This document shows, piece by piece, positions 1 to 9,224 of a DNA stretch of 64,000 nt (position 1 is its first letter; each line of letters begins with the position of its first letter). The stretch is from Candidatus Falkowbacteria bacterium. Lineage in GTDB: Bacteria; Patescibacteriota; Patescibacteriia; Patescibacteriales; UBA12075. The notes under the pieces were generated by a model, which ran no database searches, was not told the origin of the DNA, and saw only the letters and a list, made by a program, of their open reading frames with translations. The stretch covers positions 22,868 through 86,867 of the forward strand of contig DOSJ01000019.1 of assembly GCA_003514005.1 (NCBI GenBank), given 5' to 3'. A program made the position numbers and the translations under genes.

Positions 1-575
1 GGACGGCGCTGTTGATACAAACCGAGCCCGATCATTAATTTTATTTCCGGATCCGGATCGCAAACATTAAACTTGATACCAAGTGCGCCGGACTGACCAA
101 ATGCCTCCAAAAAATCACCGGCAGCGTAGTCAGCGGCATTTTTCAAAAAACCGCCAAAGCTGTCGGTTTGAAACATAGGCGCCTGCCCCTTATCTCCGGT
201 TGCGAGATAAGTAGCTGTGTCATATGCTAATTGATTAAAAAACATTTTAATACCTGACTTAAACGCAAGCGCAGCCGCAGTGTCTTTCCCCCATTTATCC
301 GTCCAGGTAAAAATTTCTTTTACAGAATTTTTTATTGACTCTATCCTTCCGCTCATTGAACTTTTTAAAACCCACTGATCTCCAACTTTTATATAATTAC
401 CAACAACCGATCCGCCCCCCAAAGAATTATACGCATTAAAATCTTCTACGGATTGCGCAAAAACATTTTTTTCTAACACAAAAAAGACATAACTAAAAAT
501 CGACAATACGACAAAGATAGTTGATAAAATTTTAATCAAATTTCCATTTTTCATGTATTTAAAATTAAAAATCAT
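1..575 (-). CDS. hypothetical secreted/membrane protein, C-terminal part beyond window edge (about 190 aa visible)
   Basis: Minus-strand frame stays open to position 1. ATG at 575-573 abuts the TAA (578-576) of the upstream ORF; alternative ATG at 554. N-terminal hydrophobic segment LIKILSTIFVVLSIFSYVFFVL. Absent from the track because no in-window stop. Confidence 0.5.
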   Translation of the reverse strand, partial: MIFNFKYMKNGNLIKILSTIFVVLSIFSYVFFVLEKNVFAQSVEDFNAYNSLGGGSVVGNYIKVGDQWVLKSSMSGRIESIKNSVKEIFTWTDKWGKDTAAALAFKSGIKMFFNQLAYDTATYLATGDKGQAPMFQTDSFGGFLKNAADYAAGDFLEAFGQSGALGIKFNVCDPDPEIKLMIGLGLYQQRR

Positions 576-1262
576 TTATGCTCCGTTTTCGGAAAGTGAT
601 TCCTGAAATGTTTCAAGCAAATCTTTATCGCTTATCTGATCCAACATAGTCTTTTCCATTCCGGCGTCAATAAGCATTTGACGCAAAGTTGCTGCGTCCA
701 TTTCAAGCGGATTAATACCGGTCTCAGTCGTACTGCCAATCATTTTTTCTTCATTTAAAGCTTTTAGCTCTTCTAAGTCAATATTATTAGCCGTACCTGG
801 ATTGGTCAAATCAGCATCTTCGTTTAAAAAAACATTACCCGAGCATTCCAATCCAGTAGGACAATTCGGGTCTTTGCTATTATTAATCTCTTCTTTATCC
901 AAAAAACCATCACTGTCCGAATCCTCGAGGTATGGTGATGTTTTATAAATATACAGCTCATCATAGTCTGATAAGCCGTCTTTGTCCGTGTCTTTGTTTT
1001 TAAGCTGTTCAATGCTAAGGTCATTACAATTTCCATCGGCGCAGGTGTTTGTGTCCATATTGTTTTTGACAATTGTTTTCGGTGTAAATGGAGCGTAGAT
1101 ACCAGAACGCAAACCGGCAATACCATAAATAATTACGATAAACGCAAAAACAGCCAGCACCGCCAAAGCAATCTTCCGACTTTTATCCAAACCGTTAAAA
1201 ATATGGACGTTTTGATTTTCGACCATCTGGTTTGATTCTTGTTCGTTGTTGTTTTCAAGCAT
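576..1262 (-). CDS. membrane-anchored protein with thrombospondin type-3-like Ca-binding repeats
   Basis: 228-aa ORF with one TM helix (IALAVLAVFAFIVIIYGIAGL). Two DxDxDGxxDxxE motifs (DTDKDGLSDYDE, DSDSDGFLDKEE; nt 888-992). Confidence 0.6.
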   Translation of the reverse strand: MLENNNEQESNQMVENQNVHIFNGLDKSRKIALAVLAVFAFIVIIYGIAGLRSGIYAPFTPKTIVKNNMDTNTCADGNCNDLSIEQLKNKDTDKDGLSDYDELYIYKTSPYLEDSDSDGFLDKEEINNSKDPNCPTGLECSGNVFLNEDADLTNPGTANNIDLEELKALNEEKMIGSTTETGINPLEMDAATLRQMLIDAGMEKTMLDQISDKDLLETFQESLSENGA

Positions 1263-1273
1263 GGGGGGGTAGT

Positions 1274-1362
1274 GATTAGTTAATTAGTTAACTGGGGGGT
1301 GAAATTAAATAAAAAATATAATAAAAAATACCCTAATTAACTAATTAACCAATTAACTAATC
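1274..1362. repeat. intergenic hairpin, TTAATTAG word family
   Basis: Imperfect inverted repeat gattagttaattagttaa / ttaactaattaaccaattaactaatc around an A-rich loop. Confidence 0.7.
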
Positions 1363-1383
1363 TTATACACATTATACCATATT

Positions 1384-2304
1384 TCACTCAATAACTCCAA
1401 ATAATCTAATCCAATCGTCAACCGAAAGCTCCTGCGCCCGGATCTTCTCATCAAAACCGCATTCTTTAAACCATTCCCCCACTTTTTCTTGGCCAATCTT
1501 ATAACAACCCGCCAAATTATTCTTAAGCATTTTCCTTCGTGAACCAAACCCAAACTTAACCATCCGAAAAAATGCTTTATTATCAATTTCTAACTTCTTA
1601 CTTCTAACTTCTAGCTTAATTACCGCACTCTCCACCGCCGGCACCGGCCAAAAAGCCACCCTCGGCACATATCCCACAATTTCCGCGTCTGCATAAAACT
1701 GCACCGAAACCGCCAAAAGACTCATTTTACCTGGTTTGGCAACAATTCTCTCAGCCACCTCTTTTTGGAGCATCAGGGTCATTGTCTCTGGTTTATTTTC
1801 GGATTCAAGAAATTTGCGGAGGAAGATTGAGGTGATGTTGTAGGGAAGGTTGGCAACGACTTTGTAATTTTTAATTTTTAATTTTAAATTTTTATTCAAT
1901 TTTAAATTTTCAATTTCTAATTTATCTTTTTTTTCAGATTCATTTATAATTAAATCATTAAAAATTGAATTAAAATTTAAAATTTCAAATTTAAAATTAA
2001 AATCAAGAATATTCTCATTAACAACCTCTACATTCTCGACTTTATCAAACCTCCGTCCAAGCAATCCTGCCAAAACGTCGTCAAGCTCCACCGCCACCAC
2101 TCTCCCCGCCTTCTCTGCCAATTTCTCTGTCAAAAACCCAAGCCCCGGCCCCACTTCCAAAACCGTATCATCTTTATTAATCCTTGCAACCTCAACAATC
2201 CGATCATAAATATTTTCCTCAATTAAAAAATTCTGCCCTTTTGAACGGGAAGGAATGATATTGTTTTTTTTACAAATTTCCTCTGTTTTTTGGAATAGGT
2301 TCAT
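1384..2304 (-). CDS. rsmA: 16S rRNA (adenine1518/1519-N6)-dimethyltransferase RsmA/KsgA
   Basis: Motifs SRSKGQNFL, VLEVGPGLGFLT and VANLPYNITS. ATG 2304 lies 1 nt after the TGA (2308-2306) of the upstream ORF; the track start 2328 would overlap that ORF. Carries a low-complexity insert. Confidence 0.85.
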   Translation of the reverse strand: MNLFQKTEEICKKNNIIPSRSKGQNFLIEENIYDRIVEVARINKDDTVLEVGPGLGFLTEKLAEKAGRVVAVELDDVLAGLLGRRFDKVENVEVVNENILDFNFKFEILNFNSIFNDLIINESEKKDKLEIENLKLNKNLKLKIKNYKVVANLPYNITSIFLRKFLESENKPETMTLMLQKEVAERIVAKPGKMSLLAVSVQFYADAEIVGYVPRVAFWPVPAVESAVIKLEVRSKKLEIDNKAFFRMVKFGFGSRRKMLKNNLAGCYKIGQEKVGEWFKECGFDEKIRAQELSVDDWIRLFGVIE

Positions 2305-2305
2305 A

Positions 2306-5068
2306 TCAATATTTTCCATATATATCATAACAATCCCTATTAATTCTATCTACAGACCAACAAGTCCCACGCGCATAACAATTCCAATGTTCAGGATGTT
2401 TGCTTATGTTTGTTTTTCTTTGAATACAAACATATTCATCATTATTTGGCCACAGATTATATGTATAGTATGTTTTACAATTAGCCGTATCTTTGTCCCA
2501 ATAAAATGACTCTGGACAAGTGCAATCTCCACAATATGTTTTTACTCCACATATTTGATGATAATCACAGACATAACCAAGTGAAGCACAGGTATCAGGA
2601 CAAAATACTACACAATTTCCATTCTTGCAAACATTTCCACCTGTGCAAGGTGTATTTTCCGCTTTATTCGTATGACTTACAATTCCGCTCGCGCAAGTAT
2701 CAATCGTGCACTCATTGCCATCATCCGCGCTTAATGTACCGGCAACTCCGATTTGAGTGCCGACACAGCTGCCAGTTTGAGTAAATGTATCACCAACACA
2801 AACCGTATTTGCCAACGGACTCCAGGTGTTTCCACTGCAACATTCAATGGTGCCACCACAACCATCATTATACGAAGATTTTATTTCAGTTACGGAAAAA
2901 TTCGCACAAGTAGCTGGCACACAGCAAGCAGCGCTTTGCGTATTCGCCCCTTGGCAAGTTTTACCACCACAGACAGGGGCGGAACAAGTTCGCGTTTGTG
3001 TGGTAAAACCATTACCATAGGTGCCGCTGTTCAGTTTGCAAACTCCGTCTACCCAGGCTGACCAAACACCATCAGTCGGATTACAACAAGCATTATTGTC
3101 ATACTGACAATTATCTTTTGTACAGGCAAGCGTACCAAATTTAAATCCAAATTTCTGACATGTTTGTTCGTTCAGCTTGGTACCATCGCATTCTTCACTT
3201 TGTCCATTACCATTCGGTTTCTGAATAATGCCATCACCGCAAAATGTATTTTTACAATTATCATAGCAGGTGTCATTGTTTTTTCCATTCTTACCGTCAT
3301 CACATTCTTCCTGTGGTGCTTCTTTGTTTTTGTTTCCGCAATACCCACCATTATATATACAGCTAGCGTCACAACCATACTGCTTATTAATATTCGAATC
3401 AATCGCATTGTTTGCGATATTGTCAATTGTATCACAGCTCTCAAAGCCATCATCCTTCGGCCCGCCTTTCTTTTCGGTATTGGGTTTTTGGGTTTTACCG
3501 TCACCGCAGTAGTTACTTACGGTTAGACCGTATTTAACATGTTCACTAGTCGCGTTATCCGCAGATACAGCGGTTAATTCAATATTGTATGATCCAGCGG
3601 AATTGATGTCTGGCGTACCATATATTTCTGCTGTTGCTGTTAATCCCGTGCTAATCTGGCGAATGCTCATCCCAGTGGGCAAATTTTTTACGTTAATGAC
3701 TATAACACTATCAAAAAGATGTGTAGCGGTAATTGTGCAGATAGGATAAACACTATTTACTCTGACACTGCGAGTGCAATTTAGAGGCTCGCTTATCTTT
3801 GGTTTTGGTTTGGATACTGTCAGATAAAAATTCTTGCTAGTTCTGCCGCCCCTACCATCATCGATAACGACTGTAAAATCATATTTACCTGGGTCGCCGG
3901 CTTTGGGTGAATAGAGCATCTTTTGTTTGTAAACCGAGGCGGCTTTGAGTATTGGCATATTAATGGCTTCCCAGCCGATCCAGACAGGAGTAACTACAAA
4001 TAGGCTATTCAATGGAAAAAAACTCCAGGTTAGGGAGTCGCCATCGGGATCAATTGCTTCGATATATGCTTTGTATTCGGTTTGAGAATAATTCAATGGA
4101 AAATTGTAGCTGGTAAATTCCGGGGCGCGATTTGGAATTGCTGTGCCGGAACAGCCAACAATATTTACGTATGCTGTTTCCATATTTGCGCACAGGCGGT
4201 ATTTACTGCCATTGGGGCTGGCTGTATACAAAAAAACATTGGCACCGATTGGCAATGTCACAGTTGGCAAAATATCAACACCCGAGGCGGGTGAGGTTAT
4301 GCTGGCAAATTCTTTTTTGTTTTCATCCCAGCAGGTAATCTTATTAAATCGATCATCTTTGCAATCACCAATATTATTTATCGGGTCAACGAACAGATTC
4401 ATTTCCAAGCTTTGCGCAAGCACTTTTTGCCAGCTGGGCCAGACAGATATGGTTATTTGGGGCAGATATGAGCCGGATTTTAGATTGGGATATGTGCCGT
4501 TTACTGTTTTTTGTTCTTCCAGTCTTTGTCTCATATTGGCAATGTCCGAAAGTCTTTTTACATCCCTAACTATCTTGGCTTTGTCGCTGTTGCAGTATTC
4601 CCCGCTTTGGCATTCTGAATCTAGTACACAAACCAACCCAGACACAGAGTCCGGCTTGATACAATTACCCTCTGTATTGATATTGGTATTAAATTTCCAT
4701 TGCTTGATGATACGACCAAAGATATCGATCGTAGCTTGTTCCACTTCTTGATTATATGAAATGATATAGATATTGGTCTGAAGCGTATTGCCGACAATAT
4801 TGGCGGCATTGATATATATTGTGCGTCCATCACGAACGGCTTCATAGCCGTCTACCAAGAGGGCTTGCGGAGAACCAGTGAATTTTTGGAATTTGTACCA
4901 ATCGTTTGGCGAAAAATGTTCCGGGTTTGAGAGAATACGGATGGCAATGGCGTCTTTTGAGAGGGCATGAGTGGGAATTGGGGTGCAAAATATTATTATG
5001 GCATAGCAAAAAAACAATATGAAAAATATTGCTATAAAATTTTTTTGATTATGCAAATTTGCAAGCAT
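2306..5068 (-). CDS. large secreted Cys-rich surface protein (putative adhesin)
   Basis: 920-aa ORF with N-terminal signal/anchor IAIFFILFFCYAIIIFC. Two Ig/cadherin-like (He_PIG-type) segments (AIDPDGDSLTWSF; GTPDINSAGSYNIELTAVSADN). C-terminal third has CGDG..EECDG repeats and a WSAW..TQTRTC..CGGKTC module. Confidence 0.75.
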   Translation of the reverse strand: MLANLHNQKNFIAIFFILFFCYAIIIFCTPIPTHALSKDAIAIRILSNPEHFSPNDWYKFQKFTGSPQALLVDGYEAVRDGRTIYINAANIVGNTLQTNIYIISYNQEVEQATIDIFGRIIKQWKFNTNINTEGNCIKPDSVSGLVCVLDSECQSGEYCNSDKAKIVRDVKRLSDIANMRQRLEEQKTVNGTYPNLKSGSYLPQITISVWPSWQKVLAQSLEMNLFVDPINNIGDCKDDRFNKITCWDENKKEFASITSPASGVDILPTVTLPIGANVFLYTASPNGSKYRLCANMETAYVNIVGCSGTAIPNRAPEFTSYNFPLNYSQTEYKAYIEAIDPDGDSLTWSFFPLNSLFVVTPVWIGWEAINMPILKAASVYKQKMLYSPKAGDPGKYDFTVVIDDGRGGRTSKNFYLTVSKPKPKISEPLNCTRSVRVNSVYPICTITATHLFDSVIVINVKNLPTGMSIRQISTGLTATAEIYGTPDINSAGSYNIELTAVSADNATSEHVKYGLTVSNYCGDGKTQKPNTEKKGGPKDDGFESCDTIDNIANNAIDSNINKQYGCDASCIYNGGYCGNKNKEAPQEECDDGKNGKNNDTCYDNCKNTFCGDGIIQKPNGNGQSEECDGTKLNEQTCQKFGFKFGTLACTKDNCQYDNNACCNPTDGVWSAWVDGVCKLNSGTYGNGFTTQTRTCSAPVCGGKTCQGANTQSAACCVPATCANFSVTEIKSSYNDGCGGTIECCSGNTWSPLANTVCVGDTFTQTGSCVGTQIGVAGTLSADDGNECTIDTCASGIVSHTNKAENTPCTGGNVCKNGNCVVFCPDTCASLGYVCDYHQICGVKTYCGDCTCPESFYWDKDTANCKTYYTYNLWPNNDEYVCIQRKTNISKHPEHWNCYARGTCWSVDRINRDCYDIYGKY

Positions 5069-5133
5069 TAAGAAATTTAAAATTTTAATTTCAACCCCAT
5101 CAACAAATCTTTGACTTTTAATTAAAATAATTG

Positions 5134-5637
5134 TTATTCTTTTTTAAATCCGACAATTATAAACTTAAATTTTTCTTTTATATTTTCTATTATCCCTAAT
5201 TTTGCCAGACAGCCCGAACAACCTGCCGCAGATGCCAAAACGCCCGAGTCCATCAAGACCGGCGACATGCCACCGGCAATCAATTGTCCGCCCGGATATA
5301 GTCCTGCTTGTGATGTTTGCGCGACTGAAAAAAGCGCGTTAGACCCCATACCTCCGGCAGGCATTCCGGACACATCATAATAATTTACGCAGGTAGCCGG
5401 ATCTTTTGTATAGCAAAGAGTGCCGCCATTGCATATCGGCGGTGTACCCGTTGTAAAACATTTTATCATCGTAACGCTTGCAAGCCCAATCTGATAAGGC
5501 ATTGACCCTGCCGCATCCACCGCCATTTTCCATTCCAACCAATTATTTGCTTTTACCCCAGAAAAAAATAACCCAAAAACTATTGCCACACTAAAACAAT
5601 ATTTGAATATTTTTCGATATTTAAATTTATTCAACAT
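5134..5637 (-). CDS. hypothetical secreted protein
   Basis: 167-aa ORF with signal-like N-terminus (FSVAIVFGLFFSGVKA). Gly/Cys-containing mature part; no family recognised. Confidence 0.5.
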   Translation of the reverse strand: MLNKFKYRKIFKYCFSVAIVFGLFFSGVKANNWLEWKMAVDAAGSMPYQIGLASVTMIKCFTTGTPPICNGGTLCYTKDPATCVNYYDVSGMPAGGMGSNALFSVAQTSQAGLYPGGQLIAGGMSPVLMDSGVLASAAGCSGCLAKLGIIENIKEKFKFIIVGFKKE

Positions 5638-5710
5638 ATCTTTATTATAGCAAATTTCCGTAAATATGTTAAACTAATAATAAGAAATAATTTATCTTTT
5701 TTATAAAATT

Positions 5711-6526
5711 ATGCGAAAAATATTTATTTTAGTTACTTTTTTCATTTTTTCTTTAATATTCTGTAAAAACATCACTTTTGCCGCCGATAATCTGGCTGAA
5801 AAACTTTCCGGCCGTATTTTACTTCAAACCGAAAAAAACGGCGAAGCTTGGTATGTTAACCCGATTGATTTAAAAAAATATTATCTCAGTCGCCCCGAAG
5901 ATGCTTTCGCGCTAATGCGTAAACTCGGTATTGGCATAAAAAATTCTGATCTGGAAAAAATTCCAAACGATAAAAATTTTACCAACAAAAATCTTGGTCG
6001 GATTTTCTTGCAAGTGGAAAGCAAAGGCGAGGCTTGGTACCTTGATCCTATCAGTAAAAATCGTTATTATTTAGCACGACCAACCGATGCCTTGTCTATC
6101 ATGCGCCGATTTAGCCTTGGCATTACAAACGCGGATCTGGGTAAAATCGAAACCGGCCTGATCAATATATCCGCTCCAATCATAACCCCATCCAATCCGC
6201 CTGTCTGCACCGATTGTGGCAATACCAATGCGGATGCGGTCATGTCCGGCGCGGCCAGCGCGATCCGCGCAAATAACAAAGAAAAAGCCGCCAGCTATTT
6301 TATTCCGGAAATGAAAAAAGCCATCGAATACACGATGGACTTTTTGGACGCTGATGGACGCTTGACGCTTGGGAATATTTTGTCCGGCTCAATACTAAGC
6401 GATTCAACCGACACAAAAAAAACATATTCCAATGAAGTCTATTTCTCTTTGGGCGGATACAAAGTTCCGTTAAAATTTTATGTCGAGAAACAGGCAGATG
6501 GCAAATGGCTACTAAGCAATCTTTAA
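5711..6526 (+). CDS. secreted protein with two tandem ~52-aa repeats
   Basis: 271-aa ORF with signal peptide ILVTFFIFSLIFCKNITFA. Repeats GRI(L/F)LQ.E..GEAWY..P....YYL.RP.DA...MR...LGI.N.DL.KI span nt 5810-6148. Confidence 0.6.
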   Translation: MRKIFILVTFFIFSLIFCKNITFAADNLAEKLSGRILLQTEKNGEAWYVNPIDLKKYYLSRPEDAFALMRKLGIGIKNSDLEKIPNDKNFTNKNLGRIFLQVESKGEAWYLDPISKNRYYLARPTDALSIMRRFSLGITNADLGKIETGLINISAPIITPSNPPVCTDCGNTNADAVMSGAASAIRANNKEKAASYFIPEMKKAIEYTMDFLDADGRLTLGNILSGSILSDSTDTKKTYSNEVYFSLGGYKVPLKFYVEKQADGKWLLSNL

Positions 6527-6574
6527 TAATTCCTAAGTCCTAAGTACCTAATCCCTAATTAACTAATCCCTAAT

Positions 6575-9148
6575 TCATTTCACCACCACATTCACAAGCT
6601 TCCCTCCCACAAAAATAACTTTCATAATCTCTTTATCATCAATAAATTTTTTCACCTTCTCGCTCTCTAGCGCGATTTTTTTTGCGTCTTCTTCGGATAT
6701 ATTTGCATCAACTTCGATAGTATCACGCAGTTTTCCGTTCACCTGGATAACCATCTGAATCTTTTCGTCTTTGATCAATTCAGGGTCATACTTTGGCCAT
6801 GACTGTTTGAAAATTGATTCAGAATTTCCTAGTCCGCTCCAAATCTCCTCGGTAATATGCGGCGCAAACGGCGCCAAAATAATCAAAAATTTTTCATACG
6901 TATCTCGGCTAATCTCTTTTTCTTTTTCCAGGGCATTAACCAATATCATCATCGCACTAATCGCCGTATTAAACTTAAACTCCAAAATATCCTCTCCAAC
7001 CTTCTTAATGGTTTTATGCAGAAGATTTAATATCGCACTTGTCCCGGCTCCCCCACCGTGTTGCATGTTGCGTGTTGCGTGTTGCATGTTATATATTCTC
7101 TCAAGAAATTTCCTCGCCCCAACCAACCCATTCGTGCTCCAAGCAACCGACTGTGAAAACGGCCCCATAAACATTTCGTAAACACGCAAAGCGTCCGCGC
7201 CGTATTTTTCTACGATATCATTAGGATTAATCACGTTACCCCAACGCTTCGACATCTTGCGCCCGTCTTCGGCCATAATCAAACCGACATGCTGTAAACG
7301 CGTAAACGGCTCTTCGTAGTTGACCGCTCCGATATCAAATAAAAATTTGTGCCAAAAACGCGCGTATATCAAATGACGAGTGGCATGCTCGGCACCGCCG
7401 ACATAAAAATCAACCGGTGACCAGTATTTGTCTTTCTTGATATCGATTAACGCGTTATTATTTTTCGGATCAATAAACCTAAGATAATACCAACTGGATC
7501 CGGCCCACTGCGGCATAGTATTTGTTTCACGCTTGCCCGCACCGCCGCATTTCGGACATTTCGTATTCACCCATTCCGGAATAGTGGCCAAAGGCGACTC
7601 GCCAGTTCCACTTGGTTCATAATGCTCAACATCCGGTAAGCGTAACGGCAATTCCGATTCCGGCACAGGTATCGCACCGCATTTTTCGCAATGCACAATC
7701 GGTATCGGTTCGCCCCAATATCTCTGCCGCGAAAATACCCAATCTTTGATTTTGTAATTCACAGCTCTCTTGCCCAATCCTTTTTCCGTAAGCCAAGCAA
7801 TCATTTTCTCTTTGGCTTCGATAGCATAATACCCATTTAAAAATCCTGAATCAAATAACCATCCATAATCCGTAATAGCATGGGACGGATCTTTATTTAT
7901 GTCTTTTTGGGCTTGTTGTTTTAACAAAGATAATAATTCTTCATCTTCAATTTTATTTCCGCTATTAACACTAGTGGGGTTAACTGTTCTTCGTGTTAAT
8001 GTTTTTTCACTCTCATTCCAAAATTCAAGATAGCTATGAAGAATTGGTTTAATTTTAATATTATACTTCTTCGCAAACTCAAAATCTCTCTCATCATGCG
8101 CCGGCACAGCCATTATTGCCCCTGTTCCATAACCCATCATGACATAATCAGCAACAAAAATAGGCAACTCTTCTCCATTCACCGGATTGATAGCAACCAA
8201 ACCCTCAATCTTAACCCCGGTCTTTTCTTTATTAAGCTCCGTCCGTTCCATGTCCGACTTCGCCCCGGCTTTTTTCATATATTCTTCAACTTCATTAAAA
8301 TTGGAAATCGACAATCGGAAATCGGAAATTAACGGATGTTCTGGCGCAACCACAAAATAAGTCGCCCCAAATAGCGTATCCGGTCGAGTGGTGAATATTT
8401 CTTGTTCAATTTTCTTTTCATTCGGAAATCGACAATCGACAATCGCAAATTTCACAATCGCTCCCGTAGACTTCCCAATCCAATTCCTCTGCATCTCTTT
8501 GATCGAATGCTCCCAATCCGGCAATTTGTCGAGATCCGCAAGCAAGCGATCGGCATAATCCGTAATGCGCAGCACCCATTGCCGCATCGGTTTGCGCTCC
8601 ACTTCGGAATCACAGCGTTCACAACGTCCACCTTCTAGGTCTTCCATGGATAAACCGGTCTTGCAAGAAGGACACCAGATAATCGGCTCAAAAGATTCAA
8701 AAGCTAACCCGCGCTCAAACATTTTCAAAAACGCCCACTGCGTCCATTTATAAAATTCCGGATCAGTCGTATTTATCTCGCGCTCCCAATCATAAGAAAA
8801 ACCGATTTTAAGCAGCTGTTTTTTAAAAGTATCAATATTCTTTGCGGTCGCAATACGTGGATGAACCTTGTGCTTAAGGGCGTAATTCTCGGTCGGCAAC
8901 CCGAACGCATCCCAGCCCATAGGATGAAGAACATTGTAACCCTGCATTTTTTTCAAACGCGCAAAAATATCGGTCGCGATATAACCTTTCGGATGCCCGA
9001 CATGCAACCCTTCACCCGACGGATACGGAAACATATCCAAAATAAAATATTTCGGTTTTGTCGTGTCTTCGCTGGTTTTATACAGCCCGTCTTTCTCCCA
9101 TTTCTCCTGCCATTTTTTTTCTACTTCTTTGTGATTATAGTTTAACAT
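6575..9148 (-). CDS. leuS: leucine--tRNA ligase
   Basis: 857 aa. HIGH-type motif (GLHVGHPKGY), KMSKRWGN (KMSKS), FTTRPDTLFGATY and Zn-finger Cys pairs. Contains three word-repeat insertions. Confidence 0.95.
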   Translation of the reverse strand: MLNYNHKEVEKKWQEKWEKDGLYKTSEDTTKPKYFILDMFPYPSGEGLHVGHPKGYIATDIFARLKKMQGYNVLHPMGWDAFGLPTENYALKHKVHPRIATAKNIDTFKKQLLKIGFSYDWEREINTTDPEFYKWTQWAFLKMFERGLAFESFEPIIWCPSCKTGLSMEDLEGGRCERCDSEVERKPMRQWVLRITDYADRLLADLDKLPDWEHSIKEMQRNWIGKSTGAIVKFAIVDCRFPNEKKIEQEIFTTRPDTLFGATYFVVAPEHPLISDFRLSISNFNEVEEYMKKAGAKSDMERTELNKEKTGVKIEGLVAINPVNGEELPIFVADYVMMGYGTGAIMAVPAHDERDFEFAKKYNIKIKPILHSYLEFWNESEKTLTRRTVNPTSVNSGNKIEDEELLSLLKQQAQKDINKDPSHAITDYGWLFDSGFLNGYYAIEAKEKMIAWLTEKGLGKRAVNYKIKDWVFSRQRYWGEPIPIVHCEKCGAIPVPESELPLRLPDVEHYEPSGTGESPLATIPEWVNTKCPKCGGAGKRETNTMPQWAGSSWYYLRFIDPKNNNALIDIKKDKYWSPVDFYVGGAEHATRHLIYARFWHKFLFDIGAVNYEEPFTRLQHVGLIMAEDGRKMSKRWGNVINPNDIVEKYGADALRVYEMFMGPFSQSVAWSTNGLVGARKFLERIYNMQHATRNMQHGGGAGTSAILNLLHKTIKKVGEDILEFKFNTAISAMMILVNALEKEKEISRDTYEKFLIILAPFAPHITEEIWSGLGNSESIFKQSWPKYDPELIKDEKIQMVIQVNGKLRDTIEVDANISEEDAKKIALESEKVKKFIDDKEIMKVIFVGGKLVNVVVK

Positions 9149-9224
9149 ATTGATATTATAATGTTTTTAAAAAATAATACTAATATTTTACCCAAAATTA
9201 AAACAAAAATCAAGCAAATTATGC

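Noticed and set aside
1261-1300. G-runs (gggggggt ... ggggggt) as a G-quadruplex or phase-variation tract.
   Set aside because: Only two G-runs are present, both intergenic, and neither overlaps a start codon or promoter hexamer. Four tracts would be needed for a quadruplex.
2306-5068. Diversity-generating retroelement targeting the large Cys-rich or Ig-like protein.
   Set aside because: No reverse transcriptase ORF is present, and no template/variable repeat pair with adenine-specific differences is seen in the window.
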